64,000 nt of DNA. Source: a virus. The notes beneath the pieces were generated by a model. The model saw only the letters and a list, made by a program, of their open reading frames with translations, was not told where the DNA came from and made no database searches. The translations under genes were made by a program, and so were the position numbers. How positions within the stretch are numbered: the stretch's first letter is position 1; every line of letters starts with the position of its first letter. Where the stretch lies: the IMG/VR virus record IMGVR_UViG_3300042691_046823. One strand, given 5' to 3'. This document shows, piece after piece, positions 48,929 through 57,574 of the stretch.

Positions 48929-49446
48929 AAAAAGTCTATGTAAACTGGTCGGATGTCGAACGACAGACCCAAGAAATCATACGCCAGATGTACCTGGACG
49001 AGTTCCATCCCGATTATGTGGTTGGCATCACCCGTGGCGGATTGATTCCGGCAAATCTCATCAGCCAGTATCTCGAAGTGCCTATGCATGCGCTGAAAGT
49101 CAGCCTGAGAGACGATGAGCAATGCGAAACCAATGCTTGGATGGCCGAAGATGCATTTGTTGGCAAAAAAATATTGATCGTGGATGACATCAACGATTCC
49201 GGAGCCACCCTTAACTGGATACGCCAGGATTGGCAGGAATCTAATCTGCCTAATGACACTGCCTGGGCCCAGATCTGGGGAGGCAATGTGCGTGTAGCAG
49301 TGCTGTACGACAATCAAAGCAGCCACAATGAAATAGAAGTCACGTATTCTGCAGAGCAGGTAAACAAATTTGAGACACCGCAGTGGATAGTTTTCCCTTG
49401 GGAAGAGTGGTGGCGCAAATGGAATCCCGACGAACAACATATCTAA
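48925..49446 (+). CDS. Type I purine phosphoribosyltransferase (Gpt-like)
   Basis: GITRGGLIPA, LIVDDINDSGAT, WIVFPWE. Confidence 0.9.
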   Translation: MKKVYVNWSDVERQTQEIIRQMYLDEFHPDYVVGITRGGLIPANLISQYLEVPMHALKVSLRDDEQCETNAWMAEDAFVGKKILIVDDINDSGATLNWIRQDWQESNLPNDTAWAQIWGGNVRVAVLYDNQSSHNEIEVTYSAEQVNKFETPQWIVFPWEEWWRKWNPDEQHI

Positions 49447-49460
49447 AAAAGGAGATAACA

Positions 49461-50066
49461 ATGTTGGATAGGATCTTAAAAAACGTAGACTCGGCCCTGG
49501 CCGCGAAACTCATGGTCGCGCACGTGATCATTATAGCCATATCAAACTATATCGTACAGTTCAAATTTTCTGTGTTTGGTGCCCCTTTGGCAGCGGCAGC
49601 TTTTACTTTTCCCTTGGTAGTAGTGCTCACTGACCTAACCGTAAGATTGCTGGGCAAAGAAACTGGACGGGCGGTGATCTCGCTGGCCTTTGTTCCAGCC
49701 ATCGTCGCATCTGTCTTGGTAGTAGGGTTGACTGGTGCTCCTTGGTCTACTGCATTCCGCATTGGCCTTGGCTCGGGCTGTGCATATCTCATCAGCAATC
49801 TCCTGGATGTGTATGTGTTTCAGTATTTCCGTGAACGCTATCAGACCTGGTGGATCGCTCCTACGCTGAGTGCAGTAGTCAGTACCTTTATCGACACCTA
49901 TGTGTTCTTCTTCACTGCGTTTTACCGAGGAGCCAACGAGTTCATGGCTGCCAATTGGCACGTTGTGGCTACCAACAATTCTATCAGCAAGATCATCGTC
50001 AGCCTCCTGGTGATTTTACCAGCCTATGGTGTGCTACTAAATTACCTACAACGCAGGATCAAGTAG
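49461..50066 (+). CDS. yhhQ: Queuosine-precursor transporter (YhhQ/VUT family)
   Basis: SNYIVQ, FTFP...LTDLTVR, RIGLGS..AY, LDVYVF, DT..FF..AF; multi-TM; SD AAGGAG. Confidence 0.85.
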   Translation: MLDRILKNVDSALAAKLMVAHVIIIAISNYIVQFKFSVFGAPLAAAAFTFPLVVVLTDLTVRLLGKETGRAVISLAFVPAIVASVLVVGLTGAPWSTAFRIGLGSGCAYLISNLLDVYVFQYFRERYQTWWIAPTLSAVVSTFIDTYVFFFTAFYRGANEFMAANWHVVATNNSISKIIVSLLVILPAYGVLLNYLQRRIK

Positions 50067-50072
50067 GCTATT

Positions 50073-50435
50073 ATGAGCGACATCTTCAATGATCAGCGCA
50101 GATTCATGCAGGCCTGTGGGCAGACCACTGATGCTTTCAATCGAGATCAATATCAACTGTACTGCAATCTCATCAAGGAAGAGTTTGATGAACTCTGCGA
50201 CAGTGACAACGTGATAGATGATCTCGATGCTTTGATCGATATCATGGTTGTCACTGCTGGCGCACTCCACAGCCTGGGCGTGGATCCCGAAGGTGCATGG
50301 AAAGAAGTCATGCGCTCAAACTTTGACAAGATAGATCCGGACACGGGCCTGGTCAAAAAGAGAGAAGATGGCAAGGTTCTCAAACCCGAGGGATGGCAAC
50401 CACCGCGTTTGGCTCCTTTCGCGAGGCCGCAATGA
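50073..50435 (+). CDS. MazG-like/PRA-PH NTP pyrophosphohydrolase
   Basis: LIKEEFDEL, DALID, EVMRSN..K, REDGKVLKP. Confidence 0.85.
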   Translation: MSDIFNDQRRFMQACGQTTDAFNRDQYQLYCNLIKEEFDELCDSDNVIDDLDALIDIMVVTAGALHSLGVDPEGAWKEVMRSNFDKIDPDTGLVKKREDGKVLKPEGWQPPRLAPFARPQ

Positions 50436-50860
50436 CACAGCCCTTGCGCGATGACCTTATGGTCCAGCAACAGTTGCCAGCCAGGCAAGAGAGGATCCGT
50501 GCCTGGCAACACATGGTGGCCGTGATCATGCTAAACCAAACCGGGCGAAAGCCGGTGAAAACAGTGTTGCCCGAATTCTTATCACGCTGGTCTCGGCCTT
50601 CAAAATTCATGCAGGCCAATCCCGAAGAGGTGCAAACAGTGATCCGCTCTTTGGGCATGGTCAATGTGCGTACCAAACGCCTCCTAAAGATGACAGTGGA
50701 TTTCTTGACTTGGGATGGTGAAGATGCTACAATGTTGTACGGTATCGGCAAGTATGGATCAGACAGCTATGAAATCTTTTTCAAACAGAACTATTCAGTT
50801 GAACCAACAGACAAAGAATTGAAACGTTATTTACAAGAAGAAATATTCTCAACGACCTAA
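50432..50860 (+). CDS. HhH-GPD DNA glycosylase, MBD4-like
   Basis: IMLNQT, LGM..R, LYGIGKYGSDSYEIF, DKEL. Confidence 0.8.
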   Translation: MTQPLRDDLMVQQQLPARQERIRAWQHMVAVIMLNQTGRKPVKTVLPEFLSRWSRPSKFMQANPEEVQTVIRSLGMVNVRTKRLLKMTVDFLTWDGEDATMLYGIGKYGSDSYEIFFKQNYSVEPTDKELKRYLQEEIFSTT

Positions 50861-50868
50861 ATATCCAC

Positions 50869-51759
50869 ATGGAAAAAATCACATACACAGAAATATTCTA
50901 CAGTTTACAGGGTGAAGGACGCTGGGCCGGTGTACCATCGGTGTTCTTCCGCACTTACGGTTGCAACTTCCGTTGTAAAAAGTTTGGCAGGACCGATGAC
51001 TTCGAAGGACACAATCCCGAAGTAGTGGAGATAATACAACAGATCGATGCTGATCCTGGAAAATTTACCAAGTTCGAAGATCTGCCTCTGGTGACATCAG
51101 GTTGTGACACTTATGCGTCGATCTACCCAGAGTTCAAGAAGTTCAATCATCAGCATGATGTGCCTGATATCGTGGATCAGATGCATGCCATGATACCTCA
51201 TGGTCGCTGGGATCAAGACTGCGGTGCCGACACTGTGCATCTGGTTATCACTGGCGGCGAGCCACTGTTAGGTTATCAAAAGCGATATCCCGAACTGATA
51301 GAATCCTGCAGAGCCAAGGGCCTGCGCGATCTCACTTTTGAAACAAATGGCAGCCAGTGGTTATACGATGACGTCAGAGAGTATCTGTTTGAAGAATTTA
51401 CCCGACACGGTCGTGACTATGATCGATTGACCTTTAGTGTCAGTCCCAAACTGCCATGCTCAGGAGAGTCGTGGGAATCTGCTATCAATCCTACCATAGT
51501 CAAGAGTTATGAGATGATCGGACATACCTATCTCAAGTTTGTAGTGGCCACGCGAAAAGATGTGGAAGATGCCGAGCGTGCTGTTGAAGAATTCCGGCAT
51601 GCCGGCTTTGGTGGACCAGTGTATCTCATGCCCATGGGCGGAGTTCCTCAGGTGTACAATCTCAACACTCAGGAAGTGGCTCGCTTGGCCATGGAACGCG
51701 GCTGGCGTTACAGCCCCAGACTGCAGGTAGATATCTGGCGCAATGCCTGGGGCACCTGA
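50869..51759 (+). CDS. queE: 7-carboxy-7-deazaguanine synthase (radical SAM)
   Basis: EIFYSLQGEG, FRTYGCNFRC...CDT, ITGGEP, ETNG, VSPK, RLQV. Confidence 0.9.
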   Translation: MEKITYTEIFYSLQGEGRWAGVPSVFFRTYGCNFRCKKFGRTDDFEGHNPEVVEIIQQIDADPGKFTKFEDLPLVTSGCDTYASIYPEFKKFNHQHDVPDIVDQMHAMIPHGRWDQDCGADTVHLVITGGEPLLGYQKRYPELIESCRAKGLRDLTFETNGSQWLYDDVREYLFEEFTRHGRDYDRLTFSVSPKLPCSGESWESAINPTIVKSYEMIGHTYLKFVVATRKDVEDAERAVEEFRHAGFGGPVYLMPMGGVPQVYNLNTQEVARLAMERGWRYSPRLQVDIWRNAWGT

Positions 51760-52013
51760 TGCTGGGCTCAAGTTATGGAGTCCAATCTGAAAATCAATCC
51801 TATGATCCGTTCATGGATCGAGCTGAATTCTCCTATGCCTTTTCAATCTGGCCGCGGCGTTGCTATAATACCCGGCGATGGGTTTGGGGTACAGGCTTGC
51901 GCGGGCGCAGAATCATAACTGGACCCGGTGAATCAGTGATCGAGGATCGTTGGTATCACATACACGAAGGACTGATTATGTTGATAAAAAGGAGTGCAGA
52001 TGGGACTGTTTGA
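51759..52013 (+). CDS. Hypothetical protein
   Basis: TGATG overlap; 84 aa. Confidence 0.5.
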   Translation: MLGSSYGVQSENQSYDPFMDRAEFSYAFSIWPRRCYNTRRWVWGTGLRGRRIITGPGESVIEDRWYHIHEGLIMLIKRSADGTV

Positions 52014-52386
52014 TAGATTTAAGAAAAAGCCTGCTGTAGCCAAGGAGCCAGCCAAGGAACCTAAGCCTAAAAAGTCTGCCAAGGACATGGCCACCGAGCG
52101 TGGCGATCCTTATGTGGCTATCCTCAGCATGGATGTTGATCCAGAAAATCTGCATCAGGGAGCATTTGAACTTGATTGGAATAGCATCTTTGTCACCCGC
52201 TTGGTCAAAGCCGGATATATGATGAAGCCAGACGATACTGATGCAGAAGTAGTTGATCGCTGGTTCCAGAACGTGTGCCGGCATGTGGTCATGGAGACTT
52301 GGGAGCAAGAACAAGCTATGAATCCCACACCGCAACGGCATATACACAAGCGTGATCTTGGCGACGGCCGGAGTGAAATATCTTGA
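52000..52386 (+). CDS. Hypothetical protein
   Basis: ATG 52000 after SD AAGGAG; FELDWN..F...L...GY. Confidence 0.65.
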   Translation: MGLFDRFKKKPAVAKEPAKEPKPKKSAKDMATERGDPYVAILSMDVDPENLHQGAFELDWNSIFVTRLVKAGYMMKPDDTDAEVVDRWFQNVCRHVVMETWEQEQAMNPTPQRHIHKRDLGDGRSEIS

Positions 52387-52655
52387 TCGACGATCGCCAA
52401 CGAGAAATCATGGTCATCGCGCAGGAAGAAGCCGCAGAGGTCATACAAGAAATTTCCAAGATCTTTCGGTTCGGCATTGATGAATCACATCGTGATGGCA
52501 TGAGTCATCGCGAACGCTTGGCTACGGAAGTAGGCGATCTCTTGGCCATGGTCGATCTCATGATCGACTACAAACTGGTAGATCCGGCCAGATTAGAAAT
52601 AGCCAAGCAACACAAAGTAACCAAGCTTAAAAAATATTCAAGTATCTATCGATGA
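52383..52655 (+). CDS. MazG-like pyrophosphatase
   Basis: QEEAAEV, EVGDLLAM. Confidence 0.7.
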   Translation: MIDDRQREIMVIAQEEAAEVIQEISKIFRFGIDESHRDGMSHRERLATEVGDLLAMVDLMIDYKLVDPARLEIAKQHKVTKLKKYSSIYR

Positions 52656-53182
52656 TATTCAATCACATCAAAGAACTCAAACAACAAGGTAAAAAAGTAG
52701 GAATCACATTCTCGACCTTTGACATGTTGCATGCTGGCCATATTGCCATGCTCAGTGAAGCCAAGAATCACTGCGATTATCTAATCTGTGGTCTGCAGAC
52801 TGACCCTACCATAGATCGGCCGGACAGCAAGAATACACCTATCCAGAGCATAGTTGAACGCCAGATACAATTGGCAGCATGCCGTTATGTTGATGAAGTG
52901 GTAGTATACAGCACCGAAGAAGATCTCTGTGACCTGCTGTTGATCTTGCCTGTGGATGTGCGCATCCTGGGTGTGGAATACCAAGGCCAGCACTTTAGTG
53001 GCAAAGATGAATGCCATCGTCGTGACATAGAGTTGGTGTTCAATGCCCGAGATCATTCATTTTCCAGTTCCAGCCTGCGCAAACGGGTGGCCTGGGCTGA
53101 AAGCCAGCGTCTGTTAAAAAATGGGCCTGATCTTGAACCAGGCATGCAGATTCATTCTGAAAATCTTGGTCTCATAAGATGA
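52652..53182 (+). CDS. Cytidylyltransferase (TagD-like)
   Basis: FDMLHAGH (HIGH motif), ER, YVDEV, SSSSLR. Confidence 0.85.
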   Translation: MIFNHIKELKQQGKKVGITFSTFDMLHAGHIAMLSEAKNHCDYLICGLQTDPTIDRPDSKNTPIQSIVERQIQLAACRYVDEVVVYSTEEDLCDLLLILPVDVRILGVEYQGQHFSGKDECHRRDIELVFNARDHSFSSSSLRKRVAWAESQRLLKNGPDLEPGMQIHSENLGLIR

Positions 53183-53889
53183 TACTGTACGTCAACGGTG
53201 ACAGCCACACAGCCGCGGCCGAAGCTGTCAACGCTCATGCCTTTGCTGAAGACGATCCTCTGCTTCCACATCTTGGACGATTGCCACATCCAGACAATCT
53301 GCGTGTGAGTTGGGGTAGGCTGCTGGCAGATACTTTAAAATCTCATTTCAAGTGCGATGCCGAGAGCGCGGCCAGCAATAGCCGCATATTAAGGACCACC
53401 CGGGCTTGGATGGACTCAGTCACTCACGATGCCAGGGAAATACTCATGGTCATACAGTGGAGCACCTGGGAACGCCGCGAATGGTACATCGACGGGAGAT
53501 ATTACCAAATCAATGCCAGCGGGCAGGATCATGTGCCGGACAATCATCGACAGGCATACAAAGAATATATCGCGGGCGTAGATTGGAATCTTTGCCGCAG
53601 AGACAGCCACAAGGAGATCTGGAGACTGCACGAAGAACTGCAGGATCTCGGTATCAGGCATGTGTTTTTCAATGGCAACAGTGATTTTTCGGCCATAGAC
53701 CAAAAAGACAAAGTGACCTGGGGATCCAGTTACATAGGCCCTTATGATGCCGGCGCCACGTTCAATCAGTGGCTTTTGGACCACGGATATCAGACAGTTG
53801 CACCCAATTCTTGGCATTTTGGACGCGATGCTCATGCGGCCTGGGCTCGTTTTGTGTTACAATACATTGTCCAATCAAAAATGCTATGA
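53179..53889 (+). CDS. SGNH-hydrolase-like protein
   Basis: NGDSHT, SN..I.R, C-terminal HF...AH. Confidence 0.6.
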   Translation: MILYVNGDSHTAAAEAVNAHAFAEDDPLLPHLGRLPHPDNLRVSWGRLLADTLKSHFKCDAESAASNSRILRTTRAWMDSVTHDAREILMVIQWSTWERREWYIDGRYYQINASGQDHVPDNHRQAYKEYIAGVDWNLCRRDSHKEIWRLHEELQDLGIRHVFFNGNSDFSAIDQKDKVTWGSSYIGPYDAGATFNQWLLDHGYQTVAPNSWHFGRDAHAAWARFVLQYIVQSKML

Positions 53890-53890
53890 T

Positions 53891-54904
53891 ATGAACTATA
53901 TTCTAATCGATACTGCTAATATGTTTTTCCGGGCCAGGCACGTGGCTTTCCGCGCCGCTGACACCTGGGAAAAAGTAGGCTATGCCCTGCACATCACGCT
54001 GAGTGCCGTAAACAAGGTAGCCCGGCGATTCCAAGCAGATCACGTGGTCTTTGCCTTGGAAGGACGCAGTTGGCGCAAAGATCATTATGCACCCTACAAA
54101 CGCAACAGAGCCGAAGCCAGGGCGGCCTTGACTGAACAAGAACAAGAAGAGGATCGTATGTTTTGGGAAACATATGACTCTTTGACTAAATACCTTGCTG
54201 AACAGACCAACTGTTCGGTGATCAGACATCCCAACGCTGAAGCCGACGATGTCATCGCTCGCTGGATTGCTTTACATCCCCAGGATCAACACACCATAAT
54301 CTCCAGCGATACAGATTTCGTGCAACTCGTCGCCGACAATGTTAGCCAATACAACGGTATCACAGATGAACTGATCAGTATCAAAGGCATATTTGACGCC
54401 AAAGGTCAAGCCATCGTAGACAAAAAAACCAAGATGCCCAAGGCCATTCCAGATCCGGAATGGTTGCTGTTTGAGAAGTGCATGCGAGGTGATGCGTCAG
54501 ACAATGTTTTCTCGGCTTACCCGGGCGTGCGCACCAAAGGTACAAAGAACAAAGTGGGTCTCACAGAAGCCTTCCAGGATCGGCAGAGTCGAGGCTATGC
54601 CTGGAACAATCTTATGTTGCAACGCTGGACTGACCATGATGGGATCGAGCACAGGGTGTTGGATGACTACAATCGCAACCGCAGCCTGATCGATCTCACA
54701 GCACAACCCAATGATATCAAGACCATGGTTGATCAAGCCATACGAGAACAGATCAGTCACAAAGACATAGGGCAGGTAGGCGTGCGATTCATGAAATTTT
54801 GTGCCAAATTTGAACTCAACCGTGCCAGCGATCAAGCTGATCAATTTGGCCGTTGGTTGAATCAAACTTATCAAGGAGGATTAGAACAACATGCTATTAG
54901 CTAA
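53891..54904 (+). CDS. rnh: T4 RNase H-like 5'-3' exonuclease
   Basis: LIDTAN, WRK...YK.NR, EADDVIA, SSDTDFVQL, GDASDNV. Confidence 0.9.
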   Translation: MNYILIDTANMFFRARHVAFRAADTWEKVGYALHITLSAVNKVARRFQADHVVFALEGRSWRKDHYAPYKRNRAEARAALTEQEQEEDRMFWETYDSLTKYLAEQTNCSVIRHPNAEADDVIARWIALHPQDQHTIISSDTDFVQLVADNVSQYNGITDELISIKGIFDAKGQAIVDKKTKMPKAIPDPEWLLFEKCMRGDASDNVFSAYPGVRTKGTKNKVGLTEAFQDRQSRGYAWNNLMLQRWTDHDGIEHRVLDDYNRNRSLIDLTAQPNDIKTMVDQAIREQISHKDIGQVGVRFMKFCAKFELNRASDQADQFGRWLNQTYQGGLEQHAIS

Positions 54905-55349
54905 ACCAGTGATACCAAATCAATATTGGATATTGCGTGACGACGATCGCAAGGTCGGCAACATCGAAGCCGGGCCCAACGGAGTGCAGATCCGCATAGA
55001 CAATCACGTAGAAACTTTCAAAGATATCCGACTACTAAAGAAAAAGGTCAAAATATCTTGGCAAGAGTCTGGTCGCGTTTCGGCACCACAAGTGTCCGCG
55101 ATCAATGAAGTCAATGGTTTTCATACAACTTCAAAACCATATAATTCAATCTTTGACGTGCGACATCAAGTACCATTATGGACCAAAGAACCCAGATCCA
55201 AATCTTGGTACGCCGCGGGCTGGTACTGTATCAAGCACGGCCGGTCATGGCGTATAGTAGAATGTCCAAAATTGATCACTCTCGAGCGTTACACATACCA
55301 AGGTCCATTTCAAACCCAGGATCAGGCCAGTGGGCATATACATCAATAA
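54891..55349 (+). CDS. Hypothetical protein
   Basis: 152 aa; SD AGGAGG; SKSWYAAGWY...CPKLI. Confidence 0.6.
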   Translation: MLLAKPVIPNQYWILRDDDRKVGNIEAGPNGVQIRIDNHVETFKDIRLLKKKVKISWQESGRVSAPQVSAINEVNGFHTTSKPYNSIFDVRHQVPLWTKEPRSKSWYAAGWYCIKHGRSWRIVECPKLITLERYTYQGPFQTQDQASGHIHQ

Positions 55350-55539
55350 ATTCATAGATCGCATCCGTGCCATGGAAAGCAGACCACAGCGCGAACTGAC
55401 AATGAGCCTGTCTGAAGCCAGAGACCTACACAGCGATATCACCAAACTGCTCCTGGCTCTTCACGAACTACATGAAAAGTCTGCTACAATCAACAAACCA
55501 AGCGCCAGCAATTTAGAAGTCGATGGTGGATCCTTCTAA
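55330..55539 (+). CDS. Hypothetical protein
   Basis: 69 aa helical, ends DGGSF. Confidence 0.55.
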   Translation: MGIYINKFIDRIRAMESRPQRELTMSLSEARDLHSDITKLLLALHELHEKSATINKPSASNLEVDGGSF

Positions 55540-55578
55540 AAACTACCTACTTTATGTCATAAATAGAAGTAGGAGTTT
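55540..55578 (+). promoter_or_regulatory. RBS-occluding hairpin with TAAATA in its loop
   Basis: AAACT-a-CCTACTT 55540-52 pairs AAGTAGG-AGTTT 55567-78; TAAATA 55560-65. Confidence 0.7.
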
Positions 55579-55581
55579 ATT

Positions 55582-55887
55582 GTGTCAAGACCCAAACCTC
55601 GAGTGTTGGTTGAAATAACCAACAAAACTACTTACAAGACAGAACAGGTACTGGCTGCCGAAGGTATCTGGGCGGTGTTTTTTGATGGCTCACCTATCAA
55701 TCTCAAAACATCCAACATGTTGGTCCAATATCCTGGGCCCAAATACAAAAAAGTTTCATTTTCCAATCAAGGTCATGCCATCAATCTGGCCAAGAAACTC
55801 AACACTCAATTTAAAACTGACAAATTCTCAGTGGTGTTGTTGAAACAAGGGGAGCAGATATTCCCCGATGGCAAATCGAAAACTTGA
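55582..55887 (+). CDS. Hypothetical basic protein
   Basis: MSRPKP..., GPKYKKVSFSN.GHA; SD AGGAG. Confidence 0.7.
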   Translation: MSRPKPRVLVEITNKTTYKTEQVLAAEGIWAVFFDGSPINLKTSNMLVQYPGPKYKKVSFSNQGHAINLAKKLNTQFKTDKFSVVLLKQGEQIFPDGKSKT

Positions 55888-56257
55888 AATAGTCCAGCGT
55901 CTGCTGGTTGACATCCCCGATACACACAAGGAACCAGAATCACAGGCCATGATCACATGGTGGGCCAACATACGCCCCGAAGGTGGCCTTAGGCTGACCC
56001 AACATGGCTATCACATCATGCATGACCTCTTAGAATTGGAATCATGGGAACTGGTGCTGTCGGATCACAATCAAACATCGAGGAATCGTGTAACCAAAAA
56101 AATCGTGTTGGAGTTGGATCGCAAGTTAGAGTGGCCTTACTATCTTGATTACAACTCCAGGAAGAAACGTCGCCGCATAGTGTTCTTTGGCAGTCGCGAA
56201 GCCATGATGGCCACCATGTATGGCGATCTGGAACGGTGGCTGGCCAGCCTGGATTAA
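55868..56257 (+). CDS. Hypothetical protein
   Basis: GGLRLT..G, LDRK...PYY. Confidence 0.6.
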   Translation: MANRKLEIVQRLLVDIPDTHKEPESQAMITWWANIRPEGGLRLTQHGYHIMHDLLELESWELVLSDHNQTSRNRVTKKIVLELDRKLEWPYYLDYNSRKKRRRIVFFGSREAMMATMYGDLERWLASLD

Positions 56258-56306
56258 ACCAAACTCTTTTTTTTGTTGTTTTTTTACAACACCCTAAAAA
56301 CAAGCA

Positions 56307-56360
56307 GGTTAGTGCCCACTAACCACCCGGTTGACCAGAAACGGTGATTTCGGTTATAAT
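56307..56360 (+). promoter_or_regulatory. Palindromic operator plus strong sigma70-like early promoter
   Basis: GGTTAGTG-CC-CACTAACC 56307-24; TTGACC-18-TATAAT 56331-60; T-tracts upstream. Confidence 0.75.
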
Positions 56361-56366
56361 ATGCTT

Positions 56367-56711
56367 ATGGAAATGAAAAAAGCACCCCGTAAAAAACGAG
56401 CAGATCGCACCCACATCGTTTACAAGATCATGTCGGGCACAGACTTCTACATCGGCGTCACTGCCAAGACCGAGTCAACCGTGCTCAAGAGTGTGCGTGT
56501 TCGTATGAACAAGCATCTATATCGTAGCCGAAGCGAAGACAAATCCTGGGCCTTGTACGAAGCCTTGCGTGATCGTGGTCCCGGTGCTTTCGCTTACAGC
56601 ATCGTGTCAGTGGTGCGTGGCAAAAGTGAAGCACACTCGGTTGAGCGTGCCTTGATCCGTGAGATGCGTCCAAACTTGAACACCGATGTCCGTGAAAGGA
56701 AAACAGTATGA
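56367..56711 (+). CDS. GIY-YIG-like nuclease
   Basis: IVYKI...FYIGVT, R...H, E...I...PNLN; start 56367 or 56373. Confidence 0.65.
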   Translation: MEMKKAPRKKRADRTHIVYKIMSGTDFYIGVTAKTESTVLKSVRVRMNKHLYRSRSEDKSWALYEALRDRGPGAFAYSIVSVVRGKSEAHSVERALIREMRPNLNTDVRERKTV

Positions 56712-57094
56712 GCGACCTGAAATCTTGGGAAGAAATGTCCGATCTCGAACGTGCGGCTTGTACTTACTGGGACATGTATAAAGACGCCCACGGTGTTCGT
56801 CCACGCGGTATTGACACCAGCAATTGGACCTTGGAGCAGTTTGAGCAGGAATTCGAACACTTGGGTGCCGTCATTGAGCAAGAAGAAGCGAACCGCAAAG
56901 ACGCTGAATCCACTGCCATAGAAAATTTTGAACAGCATGTGACCAACACAATCTGTATGGGTGCCCAAGATCGCGAAACTGCGCTCAAATGGATCATGCA
57001 GTCCAGCCACGCCGATGGCGACTGGGAATACTTCTGTTTTCTCAACGGCCTACCTTATGGATATTTTCTTGACGTTTTAACTTTGGAGCAATAG
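56708..57094 (+). CDS. Hypothetical early protein
   Basis: YWDMYKDAHGVRPR; ATGA overlap. Confidence 0.65.
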   Translation: MSDLKSWEEMSDLERAACTYWDMYKDAHGVRPRGIDTSNWTLEQFEQEFEHLGAVIEQEEANRKDAESTAIENFEQHVTNTICMGAQDRETALKWIMQSSHADGDWEYFCFLNGLPYGYFLDVLTLEQ

Positions 57095-57095
57095 C

Positions 57096-57257
57096 ATGGG
57101 ATATTTTTCAAATTTAGCAATTGAAATCGAAGAGGCATTGTTTGAAGGTGCCACGGTGGAGCAGATCGCTGAACGGTTCAACTTGTCAGTGCCGGCTGTG
57201 AAAGCCTATATCGAGCAATTGGAGCAAGCCGATCGCGAACCTTGTGCTTGGGATTGA
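57096..57257 (+). CDS. 53-aa helix-turn-helix protein (absent from the ORF track)
   Basis: MGYFSNLAIEIEEALFEGATVEQIAERFNLSVPAVKAYIEQL...; SD GGAG. Confidence 0.65.
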   Translation: MGYFSNLAIEIEEALFEGATVEQIAERFNLSVPAVKAYIEQLEQADREPCAWD

Positions 57258-57283
57258 CCAGAAACGGTGAGATCGGTTATAAT
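57254..57283 (+). promoter_or_regulatory. Sigma70-like early promoter, near-duplicate of 56331-56360
   Basis: TTGACCAGAAACGGTGA-ga/tt-TCGGTTATAAT; 28 of 30 nt identical. Confidence 0.8.
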
Positions 57284-57307
57284 AAACGAAACTATCAAGG
57301 AGCAACA

Positions 57308-57574
57308 ATGTATCTACAACTATTACCTATCTCAGAACAACAAGCCGTGGTGCGAGCCTTGCGTGGCTGGCAGTTTGACCGCAAGTCTCATGGCAGTCTC
57401 TATGATCGAGGCCGTGCCGATTCATACTATGGCCGCGCACCTACCCCGCACTATGGTGGTGTGGGCGGTGATTCGGGTCATCGTGTCCGGGTCACAGACT
57501 CTGCATCGGTAGCAGAATACCAGGCCGGCTATGACGACAACGAACGGTCCGGTGACCACAAAGACTGGCGATGA
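57308..57574 (+). CDS. Hypothetical early protein
   Basis: ATG 57308 after SD AAGGAG; HGSLYDRGRADSYYGR. Confidence 0.65.
   Translation: MYLQLLPISEQQAVVRALRGWQFDRKSHGSLYDRGRADSYYGRAPTPHYGGVGGDSGHRVRVTDSASVAEYQAGYDDNERSGDHKDWR

Noticed and set aside
49618-49635. Third copy of the palindromic operator (TAGTGCTCACTG) inside yhhQ
   Set aside because: Only the core matches, it is within coding sequence, and no promoter follows.
56367-56711. GIY-YIG gene as a group I intron homing endonuclease
   Set aside because: Short, free-standing, has its own promoter, and does not interrupt a gene.
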